From contig DAGG01000030.1 in assembly GCA_002498125.1 (NCBI GenBank), positions 3-64,002 of the forward strand: 64,000 nt of DNA. The letters are read 5' to 3'. A program made the position numbers and the translations under genes. Below the pieces are notes generated by a model. The model was given only the letters and a program-made list of their open reading frames with translations, was not told where the DNA came from and ran no database searches. This stretch comes from Candidatus Woesearchaeota archaeon UBA525 (GTDB taxonomy: Archaea > Nanobdellota > Nanobdellia > Woesearchaeales > UBA525). Below, one piece after another: positions 39,139 to 48,731 of the stretch. Positions within the stretch are counted from its first letter, which is position 1; the number at the start of each line of letters is the position of its first letter.

Positions 39139-40086
39139 CTATGCGGATTTCGGCCTGCCGCGTGGACGCGATACAGTGCCGAGGCCGAGCGACGTGACCA
39201 CCACTTCCGCCTCTTGACGTGCCGGCTCAGGTCCCTGGATAAGGACCTTGCCCGTGCTGTACTTGATGACTGAGACGCCGGTCGCGCTCTTCATGCGGAT
39301 GACTTCATACTGACTGGTCGGGGCGACGAATTCAAAGTTGTGCTCGCGAAGCGCCTCGAACGCCTCGATCTCGCGCTTGCGGCGTTCGTCATCGACTCCG
39401 AAATCCACGAGCGAGCTCTGTTGCCGTGATTGCGCCAAACGCTGGTAGCTCTCCCAGGACTTGCGGAAGAAGTCATGGGGCTCCTTCCATTGCTGCGCGA
39501 GGAACGACTGTGTCAACGGGTCTGACGGATAGCCGCTGCCGATAGGGCCGTGGATAGCGGATATCTCCTCGATGGCCTCGTCGCGCGCGGTCTTTGCGAG
39601 TATACTCGCCGCGCCGACGACTGGATGGTTGTAGTCCGCCTTGATCTCTGCGCGCAGCAAGATACTGCGCGTAACGCCTTCGTGATCGAGCTTGTCCAGT
39701 GCCGCGCGCACTTCGCGCTCGTAGTTCGCGACAGTCCTAGTCGGAGAATCGATGATGACTGTTGAGATAGGGACGCGCTTGGCCAGACGGTATATGAGAA
39801 GCGCGGTCGTACGCGCTTCGAGATGGTTGAGGTTGTCGCCCATGCCTTTGCCAAGCACAGCGGCGTCAATCTCTGAAGGCATGAGCGCGATGATCTCGTA
39901 CTTCACATCGGCGCTTTCGCGCAACGCACCCGCGAGCTTCCTGCGCTGTTCCGGCAACAGGAGCTTGCTGTCCTTCATGCCGCGCTTGCGCAGCGACTCC
40001 TCATCGGCGCACGCGACAATAGCCATAACCATCGGACCGATCACCGGTCCTCGTCCTGCCTCGTCGATGCCTGCGATGAGAGTCAT
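39139..40086 (-). CDS. rnhB: Ribonuclease HII with C-terminal extension
   Basis: GIDEAGRGPVIGP, DSK, AASILAK, GSGYPSD, PIP box QSSLVDF. Confidence 0.95.
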   Translation of the reverse strand: MTLIAGIDEAGRGPVIGPMVMAIVACADEESLRKRGMKDSKLLLPEQRRKLAGALRESADVKYEIIALMPSEIDAAVLGKGMGDNLNHLEARTTALLIYRLAKRVPISTVIIDSPTRTVANYEREVRAALDKLDHEGVTRSILLRAEIKADYNHPVVGAASILAKTARDEAIEEISAIHGPIGSGYPSDPLTQSFLAQQWKEPHDFFRKSWESYQRLAQSRQQSSLVDFGVDDERRKREIEAFEALREHNFEFVAPTSQYEVIRMKSATGVSVIKYSTGKVLIQGPEPARQEAEVVVTSLGLGTVSRPRGRPKSA

Positions 40087-40088
40087 GC

Positions 40089-40895
40089 TTACTCTGTTCT
40101 TGTGATATCGTCAACCCTGATGTTGAAAACGAGAATGTTACCTGCGAGCGGATGGTTGAAATCCAAGTATATGTTGTCTTCAGTTATCCGCGATACCCTA
40201 CCTGTCCTGCCGCTTGATTGGTACTCCTGGCCCAGCTCAATCGTTGATGTGAGCAGGATTGTCTGTCCATCTATACTTGCGCGGTACGGTCCTTCGGCCG
40301 ACAGGTATATTCCACCGACTGCAGGCAGATGCCTGTACGTCACCGAGGTCGCATTGGTCTTGACAAGCGTGCTGTTCCAAGGCATGCCCTCGAGCATGAC
40401 AGGATCCTTCGTAGCATTCATGAGGAAGAGGGAGAGGTGTGTGGAGTTCATGCCTGTGACGTTATATGTGAAGTGGGTCGTCTCAAGGACTGTGCCGACT
40501 TCAGGGACTTCGGGCAGCTGCGAGAGTGCCACGTCGACATCGCGTCTGATATCCACAACGAGCGGCAACGTCTTCTCCTTAGGCAGCTGGAGCACAAGCG
40601 AAGAATCATACGTCCCGTATGCATCTTTGGCAGGGATGGTCACTGTCTTCGTCTCGCCTTCCTCCATGCCGAGCAGAGCCTGGTCGAAGCCAGGGATGAC
40701 CTGGGCACGCCCTGCAGTGACGATGAACGGAAGAGTACGTCCACCCTGCGCAGGATCATTCGAATCGAAGATGGTCCCGTTAGTGAAGCTACCGGTGTAC
40801 GTCACGGTGACGACGTCCCCACGCTCCACCACCATCGGCGAACAGCCGACAATGAGGAGAAGTGCTATCCAAGCCAATCGCATAGCAGAGTGCAT
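40089..40895 (-). CDS. Long-type FKBP peptidyl-prolyl isomerase, exported
   Basis: GDVVTVTYTG, QVIPGFD, LDFNHPLAG; lipobox-like IVGC signal. Confidence 0.9.
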   Translation of the reverse strand: MHSAMRLAWIALLLIVGCSPMVVERGDVVTVTYTGSFTNGTIFDSNDPAQGGRTLPFIVTAGRAQVIPGFDQALLGMEEGETKTVTIPAKDAYGTYDSSLVLQLPKEKTLPLVVDIRRDVDVALSQLPEVPEVGTVLETTHFTYNVTGMNSTHLSLFLMNATKDPVMLEGMPWNSTLVKTNATSVTYRHLPAVGGIYLSAEGPYRASIDGQTILLTSTIELGQEYQSSGRTGRVSRITEDNIYLDFNHPLAGNILVFNIRVDDITRTE

Positions 40896-40968
40896 CTCCT
40901 GGCGTTATATAAGGTTTCGCCCGCATCCAGGAAACCTTTAAAAATGCCCTCCGGTCCCTCATCCCTGC

Positions 40969-41040
40969 GCCTCCATAGCTCAGCGGTAGAGCGACGGTTT
41001 CGTAAACCGTAGGCCGCCGGTTCAAATCCGGCTGGAGGCT
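40969..41040 (+). tRNA. tRNA-Thr(CGU)
   Basis: Canonical cloverleaf; ACGGT-TTCGTAA-ACCGT. Confidence 0.96.
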
Positions 41041-41137
41041 TTTCTAGCAGTCATTCACTCAACATATCTAGTCGATGATTGGTCATCACTGGCCACCTAC
41101 CCCTCTTTTATATAAGAGGCAGGCGCCCGTCATCGTC

Positions 41138-43192
41138 ATGGATGAGCCCGATCACTTGAAGATCCTCGCGTGCCTCAAGGAGCTCCCCTATAGTGTGGGC
41201 AAGGGTACGCTCGCGGAGATCCTCAGCGGAGCGGTCACGAAAAAGATGCTCATGAACAGCATCTACATGGAACTCAAGTCCTACAGCTCTTTGAGCGAGC
41301 ATCCGCAGGCGCACATCGAGCAGTCCATCGACCGCCTACTGATGAACGGCCTTCTCGCCGCCACGAGCCTATCTGGTCAGCCGCACGTGCGCGTGCTCAA
41401 GATTACGCCCAAGGGTCTGCAGGAACTCCGCAGACCGAGCATGATGCAGCACAGGTTCACCACGAAGTTCAAGGCAGACATCATAGACGCGCAGTCGAAG
41501 ATGCTCATGGAGCAATTCTCGTTCTTCCTCACTGCGTATAACAACGAGCAGCAGCACGCCATAGTCAGTCCGGCAAAGCGCATCCTCTGCGTCGCTGGAG
41601 CGGGCACAGGCAAGACGACAGTGCTCACGAAACGCATCGAGTTCCTCGTGCGCTACCGCGGAGTTGATCCAAAAGATATCCTTGCCATCACGTTCACGCG
41701 TAAAGCGCGCGCGGAGATGCAGTCACGCCTCGCGGGGATCGGCGCGCATGTGACGACGTTCAACGGCTTCTGCGAGCAGCTCTTACGCGCACACAAGCAG
41801 ACGAAGCCCATCATCAACTATGGCCAGAAGATACGGCTCTTCCATGACGCCCTCGCAGCTGAAAGCCTGCACATCGGCGGTCTCGTGCTCGATTACTTCA
41901 CCGATGGCCAGCGCAAGGGCGCGACACGCGATGAGCTCGAGAAGAGGCTTATGGGCGACGTGTACAGCATCATCGAGCACTACTCCAACGAGGATGAGAT
42001 CATGCCGGCGAAAGGCAAATCGACGCTCGCTAGCACGCTCCTCGGGATTGCTCGACGGATAGATGAGAGCATAGAGGCGCAAGGCTTGCGCGACTACCCA
42101 GGACAGCTCCGTGATGCGCTCGCGCTACTGCGTTCGAGTCCAGGAACACGACCGCACTACACGCACATCCTTGTTGACGAATACCAGGATGTCAATATCG
42201 CGCAGCAACGCCTCATAGAACTGCTCAACGCGGAACATCTCTTCGTCGTAGGTGACCCGCGCCAAAGCGTCTTCGGCTGGAGAGGCTCGCAGATCAGGTT
42301 CATCTCGGAATTCGCCGCAGAGACGACCATCCAGCTGCGGACCAACTACCGATCGCGGACTGAGATAGTCGCGCTCATGAACAGGCTCATCGCCCGCATG
42401 GGGCTGCCCGACCTCGAAGGCCAGGGGACTGGTGGCGTGGTGCAGACGCTCAAGTACGCGAACGAGGATGAAGAAGTTGCAGCCATAGCGCTCCTGCTCG
42501 CACACATGAAAGAGAAGGACGTGTGCGGAAGTGCATCTCCAGGCATGCTGGGAACTGCGTTCCCTAGCATCTTCGTGCTCGCACGCACGAACAGACAGCT
42601 GCAAGACCTATCAATCCTGCTCAAGCAGAGAGGAATTGCGCACAACATACGGCGCGAAGAGGACGAAAGCGAACCTACAGGTATCGTGCTCGCGACAGTC
42701 CATGCAATCAAGGGGTTGGAAGCCAGTACCGTCATCGTGCTGGGCGCGACATCGCGCTACTTCCCCTGCAAGGTGTCCGACCACCCGGTCGTGGACCTCA
42801 TCAAGGACTCGTACCTCGACCGAGAAGAGGAGGAGCGCAGGCTGCTCTACGTCGCAGTGTCCAGGGCCAAGGAACGCCTCATCATCACCTACACATCCAT
42901 ACCGACATACTTCCTCGATGGTGCTTTGGAGAGTCCCGGATCTGCGCAGAAAAGTACTGCGAGCCACAAACGCACACCATCTGGCGACGCTGCCTTCGAA
43001 CGGCTGCAGAACTGGCGCGCACAGCTGGCGAAGCAGCGCGGAGTCCCTGCGTACGTCATCTGCACAGACCGCACTCTGCAGGAGCTCACCGAGACGCGCC
43101 CGCAGTCCCTGCGTGAGCTGAAAGGAATCCACGGCCTCGGAGAGATGAGGATAAAGCAGTTCGGAGAGGAGATACTCAGGCTCCTCCAGTAG
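41138..43192 (+). CDS. UvrD/Rep-like helicase with N-terminal RQC-like and C-terminal HRDC domains
   Basis: AGAGTGKT, ITFTRKA, VDEYQD, GDPRQS, NYRS, EERRLLYVAVSRAK; HRDC WRAQLAKQRGVPAYVI. Confidence 0.9.
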   Translation: MDEPDHLKILACLKELPYSVGKGTLAEILSGAVTKKMLMNSIYMELKSYSSLSEHPQAHIEQSIDRLLMNGLLAATSLSGQPHVRVLKITPKGLQELRRPSMMQHRFTTKFKADIIDAQSKMLMEQFSFFLTAYNNEQQHAIVSPAKRILCVAGAGTGKTTVLTKRIEFLVRYRGVDPKDILAITFTRKARAEMQSRLAGIGAHVTTFNGFCEQLLRAHKQTKPIINYGQKIRLFHDALAAESLHIGGLVLDYFTDGQRKGATRDELEKRLMGDVYSIIEHYSNEDEIMPAKGKSTLASTLLGIARRIDESIEAQGLRDYPGQLRDALALLRSSPGTRPHYTHILVDEYQDVNIAQQRLIELLNAEHLFVVGDPRQSVFGWRGSQIRFISEFAAETTIQLRTNYRSRTEIVALMNRLIARMGLPDLEGQGTGGVVQTLKYANEDEEVAAIALLLAHMKEKDVCGSASPGMLGTAFPSIFVLARTNRQLQDLSILLKQRGIAHNIRREEDESEPTGIVLATVHAIKGLEASTVIVLGATSRYFPCKVSDHPVVDLIKDSYLDREEEERRLLYVAVSRAKERLIITYTSIPTYFLDGALESPGSAQKSTASHKRTPSGDAAFERLQNWRAQLAKQRGVPAYVICTDRTLQELTETRPQSLRELKGIHGLGEMRIKQFGEEILRLLQ

Positions 43193-43233
43193 TTCTACGT
43201 CAGGTTTAAAAGCAGAATCGAGTTCCCGAAACC

Positions 43234-44160
43234 ATGCCTCAGTACAAGAACATCGTCACGCTCATCGAGCAGGAGAAGGTCTCCGTGCCCCAAGTCCTAG
43301 GTGGCAGATTCCACCTCGATCAGGATGAAGAGTACCCGCTCCAGCTGATCCTGGATAGCGTCGATCCGAAGGTCGGGGAGTTCATGGAGCAGCAGTACCG
43401 TTTCGAAAAGGAGAAAGAGGCGCACTGCGGACTCCCATCACATCTGCGGAGCATGAAGAGCCGTAATGGAGTGGAGATTATCACAGGCGAGAAGGTTGCC
43501 GATCTGCTCCCCGCGGAGTACATAGCAAGGCCTATCGACATGATGCAGGTGTATGCTGCGGCGACGCAGGAACGCAAGCAGCCGAAAACAAACGAGTCTC
43601 TTCCTTCGTCACAAAGTGTCTCGGCACCGATACCTGCCATCCAGCTGCAAACATCTACCGACGAGTACGGGATCGAAGCAGATCCAGAACCAGAACCGAT
43701 CAATGGGAAGATGACTCTGTATGAGGGAGTCGAGTACACCCCGCGCCAGATCATCGAAGGGCTCGAAGAGCTCATCCAAACTCCAGTAGCATTCAGGGAC
43801 GTCGTGGACAAGCTCCATCACAACATGAAAATCCTCACCGGAAGTAACGAATACGTATCGCCTTACACGCCAGGAATCAGCATCGTTGCTGAGCGATGGA
43901 ACGAATTCCTCCAGCGCGAGCTGCCCGGCATGTACAAGAGAGGCGTCGAGTACGAGCGCCGCAACGGCTTTATCAGCATGGAACAGGCACGGGACGTCTT
44001 CATGAAGTACGAGAGCGGAGAGGTCGGATTCGATATCTTCAGAGAGACGCTTGATGAGAGCGACTCGTTCCTTGTCGGTAAGAAGATGATGAGGAAGGGA
44101 GAGGTCATCCGCGACGGCAAGGTGCTCCTCGACCTTGTAGAGGAAAACGCGAAGATCTGA
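43234..44160 (+). CDS. Hypothetical protein
   Basis: Long ORF with its own TATA (~43205). Confidence 0.75.
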   Translation: MPQYKNIVTLIEQEKVSVPQVLGGRFHLDQDEEYPLQLILDSVDPKVGEFMEQQYRFEKEKEAHCGLPSHLRSMKSRNGVEIITGEKVADLLPAEYIARPIDMMQVYAAATQERKQPKTNESLPSSQSVSAPIPAIQLQTSTDEYGIEADPEPEPINGKMTLYEGVEYTPRQIIEGLEELIQTPVAFRDVVDKLHHNMKILTGSNEYVSPYTPGISIVAERWNEFLQRELPGMYKRGVEYERRNGFISMEQARDVFMKYESGEVGFDIFRETLDESDSFLVGKKMMRKGEVIRDGKVLLDLVEENAKI

Positions 44161-44233
44161 ATTTTTCGAGCTTTTCTCAATGAATGTTTATATCATCCCC
44201 TGTGACAGGCAGGTCACACCAGGGGGTGAAAGA

Positions 44234-45073
44234 ATGAGAGCACTAGGATTATTGCTGGCCGCAATCCTTCTCGTCGCTTGCTCAGAGACCACTGTGATTG
44301 AGCGCGAGACTGTGAGTGACGAGCCTAGAGGAAGGGTCATCATGACCATCACCGACGATCTCGTCGACCTGCGAGGCATCAGCAGCCTCAGGATCACAAT
44401 AGATAATGTGCAGGTCTACAGTGAAGAGGATGGCTGGATAACGGTCGGCGGAGATGAGGAGACGTACGATCTCCTCCAGCTGCGCGATGTCGAGGCAGTC
44501 ATCGCCGACCAGGCATTGGAGGCGGAAACCTATACTGCCATGCGTATGGACCTGTCTAGCGTGGAGGTCGTGGACTCGCGCGGCACGCATAATGCTGAGC
44601 TACCTGCCGAGAAGTACACCATCAATGCGCAGCTCATCATCGAGCCGGAGGGATTATCCGCGGTGACGTTCGACTTCATCCCTGAGCGCTCGCTCCACAT
44701 CGCTGAGGACGGCACTTACGTCTTCGCACCAGTGGTGCGCGTCACGAGCAGGACCGACGCGGTCGTTCAGCCGGTGCGCGGCGATACCGTCATCGTCACC
44801 GGCGGCAACATCGTCGCTGATGTCACCTACGGCATGACACTGCAGGGAGCAGTGGACGTGAACGTCATCGTACCTGACAGGCCGATAATCATCGACAACG
44901 GCGTCATCCGCGTGGAACGCACAATCCAGGACACGACGACCTACAACACCACAGTCTACAACACGACGACAGTGGTCAACCGCAGGAACGTCATCAACGA
45001 GGACGTGACCCAGAACAACACCTATGACAACAGGACGTTGAGAAGCAGGGTGAACGTAACGAACGAGACCTGA
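44234..45073 (+). CDS. DUF4382-like lipoprotein
   Basis: LVAC lipobox, MTITD, TYDLLQL, VTFDF...SL; GGGGTGA SD. Confidence 0.75.
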   Translation: MRALGLLLAAILLVACSETTVIERETVSDEPRGRVIMTITDDLVDLRGISSLRITIDNVQVYSEEDGWITVGGDEETYDLLQLRDVEAVIADQALEAETYTAMRMDLSSVEVVDSRGTHNAELPAEKYTINAQLIIEPEGLSAVTFDFIPERSLHIAEDGTYVFAPVVRVTSRTDAVVQPVRGDTVIVTGGNIVADVTYGMTLQGAVDVNVIVPDRPIIIDNGVIRVERTIQDTTTYNTTVYNTTTVVNRRNVINEDVTQNNTYDNRTLRSRVNVTNET

Positions 45074-45102
45074 TTATTTTTCTGATTTTATTTTTTGATT
45101 CC

Positions 45103-45693
45103 TTATCTCATGCGTTCCCAGAGTATCTGCTCACCTTTGACGAGCGATTCAAGGATGCCCTTATCCTCGGCGCAGAGTCTCCCTTCTACCTTGCCTTCTG
45201 TGGCAAACTCGTCCATGAGGCATTCTCTCGCAGGATCAAAGCTGGTATCCGCTTCCTCACCGTGATGACCGTAGCCGAATATACCGTGACCGACGCCGTG
45301 CGCGAGCGCATACTTGCGCCGTCCATTCGTCTTCCTGTCCAGCATGAGAGGACTGACGCTAATGATGCCTTTGCCATGGTAGCGCTCGAGGACGTTACGC
45401 GGCATCAGCCTGACGATCGCCTGGATGCCGTCGAATTCCCACGGTAGGCGCGAAGCTACACCGAGCCCGCACAGCGAGAAATTCATCCCGTGCTGTCCGA
45501 AGCAGGTGTTGAGCGACTCCACAGCATCTTTGCATTGCGTGACCGCATCAGGAGGGATGAAACTATAGTAGAACGATATAGGAATCGGCTTGCCTAAAGC
45601 CGCGATCTTCTGCAACGGCGCGTAAATATCGCCGACAGACCAGTGCCTGTCGTACGTATCGTGGTACCACTCCTCATCACCAGGGTATGCCAT
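45103..45693 (-). CDS. Archaemetzincin-like zincin with degenerate HExxH
   Basis: LAHGVGHGIFGYGHH...ECLMD; TGATG overlap with the upstream gene. Confidence 0.6.
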   Translation of the reverse strand: MAYPGDEEWYHDTYDRHWSVGDIYAPLQKIAALGKPIPISFYYSFIPPDAVTQCKDAVESLNTCFGQHGMNFSLCGLGVASRLPWEFDGIQAIVRLMPRNVLERYHGKGIISVSPLMLDRKTNGRRKYALAHGVGHGIFGYGHHGEEADTSFDPARECLMDEFATEGKVEGRLCAEDKGILESLVKGEQILWERMR

Positions 45694-47486
45694 CAGTACA
45701 GCCCCGCGCGGCCCATGCGGCGGCGCCATCCGTAATCTGCGGCACGTCTTCCCACACCATACGCCGCGCCGCCTGCCATCGCGCCGATAGCGAGGTACGC
45801 AAGGAGCTCGAGCGCTATACGCTGGCCGTAGGTCGGATGCCATTCCGATCCCTTCATGTTCGCATTGCCGAGCTCATAGGCGAGATTGCCGATGTCACGC
45901 AGCGCCGAGTTCGTCTTGCCGCCGTAGGACCTGACCTCGCGGAGGACGTCCATGTCGCGTTCGATACGCGGCACGACCGTGTCGAACTTGTTGAATGAGT
46001 CTGAGATGCGTGAGAACCCGCTGACGACGGACCCGGCCTGCGTCTGCAGGCGCTTATTCTCATGCCATCCAAAAGGATACTCTGTGGGGCCGCCGCAGAG
46101 AGGATTGATGTTATGGAAGCTCTCAGGCAGCGCGCGTTCATTCTCGAAGAAGAACTCTGGCAGCCCCGAAGATCTCAGGGAGCCAGCGTCCCCGAGGAGC
46201 TGATTATAGCCCCTGATCATGATTGAGCTTGCCCACTTGTTGTAGTGCGTGACCTTCTCGTGCACTTCATCGATGTTGTTGCCTGTGAGGAGCAAGCCGA
46301 GCGTGTTCGGTGTCTCAAGCAGGCCGTTCAATCTCGCGGCTTCCAGTTGCGGGAACTGGCGACGGCCGTTATGTATAGCAGAAACGCCGTTCAGGTAGCG
46401 TCCCGTGTCGAGCGTCCACTTGTGGTGTGTCCTGTCGCAGACCGTGGTGCAACTCTCGTTACCTTCTGAGTCCGTAGTGCAGTCCTCGTGTGTGTCATCC
46501 CATGTCCTGTAGGTCCATGAGTTGCCCATCTCGTTAGTACCGTGCGCGATTGCCCGCACTGGTTTCACTGTGGGTGCCATGTGTTTCTGGGCGATGTCTT
46601 TGGCATCGAGGAAGATGTGCGCGTATGGACGCGTGTAATCATTGCCTGCCCAGTTGTGGAGCTTCTTGAGCACAGAGGGGTTGGCGTCTGGCTTGATGAA
46701 ATCATCCCACTCCTGCGCTTCAACACTGGCGGCGCTCAGGTTGTGTGAGCGGTTCCACGTGTCGTGGAGGTACATCTCGAGGTTGTGCGCACTAATCGCC
46801 ATACGCGTCATCGGATGGAGACGGAAGCTCTCGTCGCCAGTGCTATTGAGAGCGCCATACAGGTCATCCTTGTACTTCTTGTAGGAGACAGGACGGTTGT
46901 GGTCCTTGCGCTCCCAGTAGGAGTGTGATGGTATCCCGACCGCGAGGAACGCGACAAGCCCTGCTGTCACCGCGGTGATGCCGTGCCTGTTGTAGCGCGC
47001 CCATTCCAGAAGGCCGTGAGCGCCGCGTTGGACGTTCGATTCGAGTTCTGAGAGCTCCTGTTTGTTGAGCTCGTGCTTGATCTTCTTGAATGCGCGACGC
47101 GTGTCGCGGTAGGTCTTGGTATCCGGGCTTTCGCGGATTCCGTGATAGAGCGTGCGCGTGCCGGTCTCGCGCCCATTAATCTCCTCGTAGGCTTCGACGA
47201 TCTCGCGATCGTGATCAATGAGACGTTGCTGCTTGCGCACATAGCTCTCGTACTGCCCCGTTGCCTTGAGCGACAATTTCTGGAACGCTCCAGTCAACGC
47301 CCTATCAAGCCCCTGGTCCATGCGCGTCCGCGAGAATGGTGCCGTGACCTGATCAAGCTCGAACTTGCGCAGCTTCGCATCGATGTAGCGCTTGCGCGCC
47401 TCTATGCGGTGAAGGCGTTCTGCACGTCCGTCCCCTCCAGCATGCGCAGCGTAGCCGACGCTCGCTGGCGGTATGAATTTTCCCAT
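45693..47486 (-). CDS. Hypothetical two-TM membrane protein (597 aa)
   Basis: TM near aa 170-190 and near the C terminus; CTTDSEGNESCTTVC loop. Confidence 0.8.
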   Translation of the reverse strand: MGKFIPPASVGYAAHAGGDGRAERLHRIEARKRYIDAKLRKFELDQVTAPFSRTRMDQGLDRALTGAFQKLSLKATGQYESYVRKQQRLIDHDREIVEAYEEINGRETGTRTLYHGIRESPDTKTYRDTRRAFKKIKHELNKQELSELESNVQRGAHGLLEWARYNRHGITAVTAGLVAFLAVGIPSHSYWERKDHNRPVSYKKYKDDLYGALNSTGDESFRLHPMTRMAISAHNLEMYLHDTWNRSHNLSAASVEAQEWDDFIKPDANPSVLKKLHNWAGNDYTRPYAHIFLDAKDIAQKHMAPTVKPVRAIAHGTNEMGNSWTYRTWDDTHEDCTTDSEGNESCTTVCDRTHHKWTLDTGRYLNGVSAIHNGRRQFPQLEAARLNGLLETPNTLGLLLTGNNIDEVHEKVTHYNKWASSIMIRGYNQLLGDAGSLRSSGLPEFFFENERALPESFHNINPLCGGPTEYPFGWHENKRLQTQAGSVVSGFSRISDSFNKFDTVVPRIERDMDVLREVRSYGGKTNSALRDIGNLAYELGNANMKGSEWHPTYGQRIALELLAYLAIGAMAGGAAYGVGRRAADYGWRRRMGRAGLY

Positions 47487-47488
47487 CT

Positions 47489-47689
47489 TCAGTAGTCCAG
47501 GAAGAACTCGTCCATCTCCTGCTTGGAGAGCTTTCGCTTGTTAAGGAGGTTCATCTTCTTCTGCTTTCGACCAGTGATAGGATCTATGGCGGCATCGTCA
47601 TCGAGGCCCTTACGGATCCTCTTGAGGACGTTCTGGTCCTCTTCGCTGACGCCTTCATCGTCGTATATGAATCCGTCGTCGTTCTTCAT
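47489..47689 (-). CDS. Small hypothetical protein
   Basis: Tightly operonic; GGTGAG SD. Confidence 0.65.
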   Translation of the reverse strand: MKNDDGFIYDDEGVSEEDQNVLKRIRKGLDDDAAIDPITGRKQKKMNLLNKRKLSKQEMDEFFLDY

Positions 47690-48195
47690 GCACTCACCTG
47701 GTTGGACTTATTGCTAGAGCGTAATTTGCGGTCTTCGGGAATGGCTGGAGTTGTCGAGTTGCCCAGAGGCATGCCGTAGAAATCGTCGCCGTCAAGTGTG
47801 GGCACGACTAGGTGCGCGTTGTCCTGCCCCCAGACGTAGCCAGGATTCGCTTTCTCGATGTGCTTTCGCACGATATCGATGCCGCGTTGCCCGAGCCTAT
47901 CGGTGTCAAACCCCGCACTCTCCAGCTCAAAATGCGTCAGGGCTTTCAACACAGCAATGTTGCCGCGCACGTCAGTTTCTCTGCCCAGCGACTCGGAAAC
48001 ATAGAAGCCAACTGCGATCATAGGTGCGTCAGCGAGGCGGTGCTCGAGACGCCGGCCCTCAATCATATTCTGCACATAGTTGACAGTAGAGTAGCCGAGC
48101 GCTGAGCCGAGGAGCGTCCCCGCAGCAATCGCGGCTACAAACCAAGGCGCCGGCTTTCCCGGCCTCTCTGTTGAGTTATTGTAAGTATCAGTCAT
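47686..48195 (-). CDS. Membrane-anchored protein, possible degenerate LysM-like domain
   Basis: N-terminal TM; IEKANP...LVVP. Confidence 0.65.
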   Translation of the reverse strand: MTDTYNNSTERPGKPAPWFVAAIAAGTLLGSALGYSTVNYVQNMIEGRRLEHRLADAPMIAVGFYVSESLGRETDVRGNIAVLKALTHFELESAGFDTDRLGQRGIDIVRKHIEKANPGYVWGQDNAHLVVPTLDGDDFYGMPLGNSTTPAIPEDRKLRSSNKSNQVSA

Positions 48196-48587
48196 GGTCT
48201 CACCTTCACATCCGGCAGAGCTATCTTGCCTGCGCCAAAGATTGGGGTGCCGTCATTGCCGACCTCCATATTAGCGAGGCGCTCAAGACGCGAAGCATTG
48301 ATGCGCAGCACAGTGTCCTCAATGGCGTGCGCAGCGATAGAGCCGTCCTTCGCACCGTAGATATCCTCCGCTATCTCCTCAGCAGTCATCGGTCGAGGCA
48401 GTTGTAATTCTACGACCGGTGCGCTGCGTGCAGTCTCGAAAGCCGCGTCATAGGCACGGCCTCTCATGAATTGGTGACCGCCGATAGCAATTGATGTTGT
48501 GAGGACTGCGGTAGCGCCAAGTATCCCGAGGACCGGGATGTGGTACGTACGTCCGTTACTGTTTCCCGAGTATGATTTCGTGTACAT
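48192..48587 (-). CDS. Membrane-anchored protein, possible LysM-like domain
   Basis: N-terminal TM; TAEEIAEDIYG...VLRIN...GKIALP. Confidence 0.65.
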   Translation of the reverse strand: MYTKSYSGNSNGRTYHIPVLGILGATAVLTTSIAIGGHQFMRGRAYDAAFETARSAPVVELQLPRPMTAEEIAEDIYGAKDGSIAAHAIEDTVLRINASRLERLANMEVGNDGTPIFGAGKIALPDVKVRP

Positions 48588-48610
48588 GCAGCTATTGGAT
48601 GAAAATATCC

Positions 48611-48639
48611 TTATAAATCTTCCGTTTTGTAACTACTAA
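48611..48639 (-). promoter_or_regulatory. TTAGTAGTTACAAAA motif plus TATA of the membrane-protein operon
   Basis: Second copy of the 33480 motif. Confidence 0.65.
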
Positions 48640-48731
48640 CGAGAAGTAACAAGTATGAAAACTATTTATTTTCTATATAGAATAACTCTGGCAGGAGAAC
48701 GTTTTTATACCGTCGAGAAGCCCACACAGGC

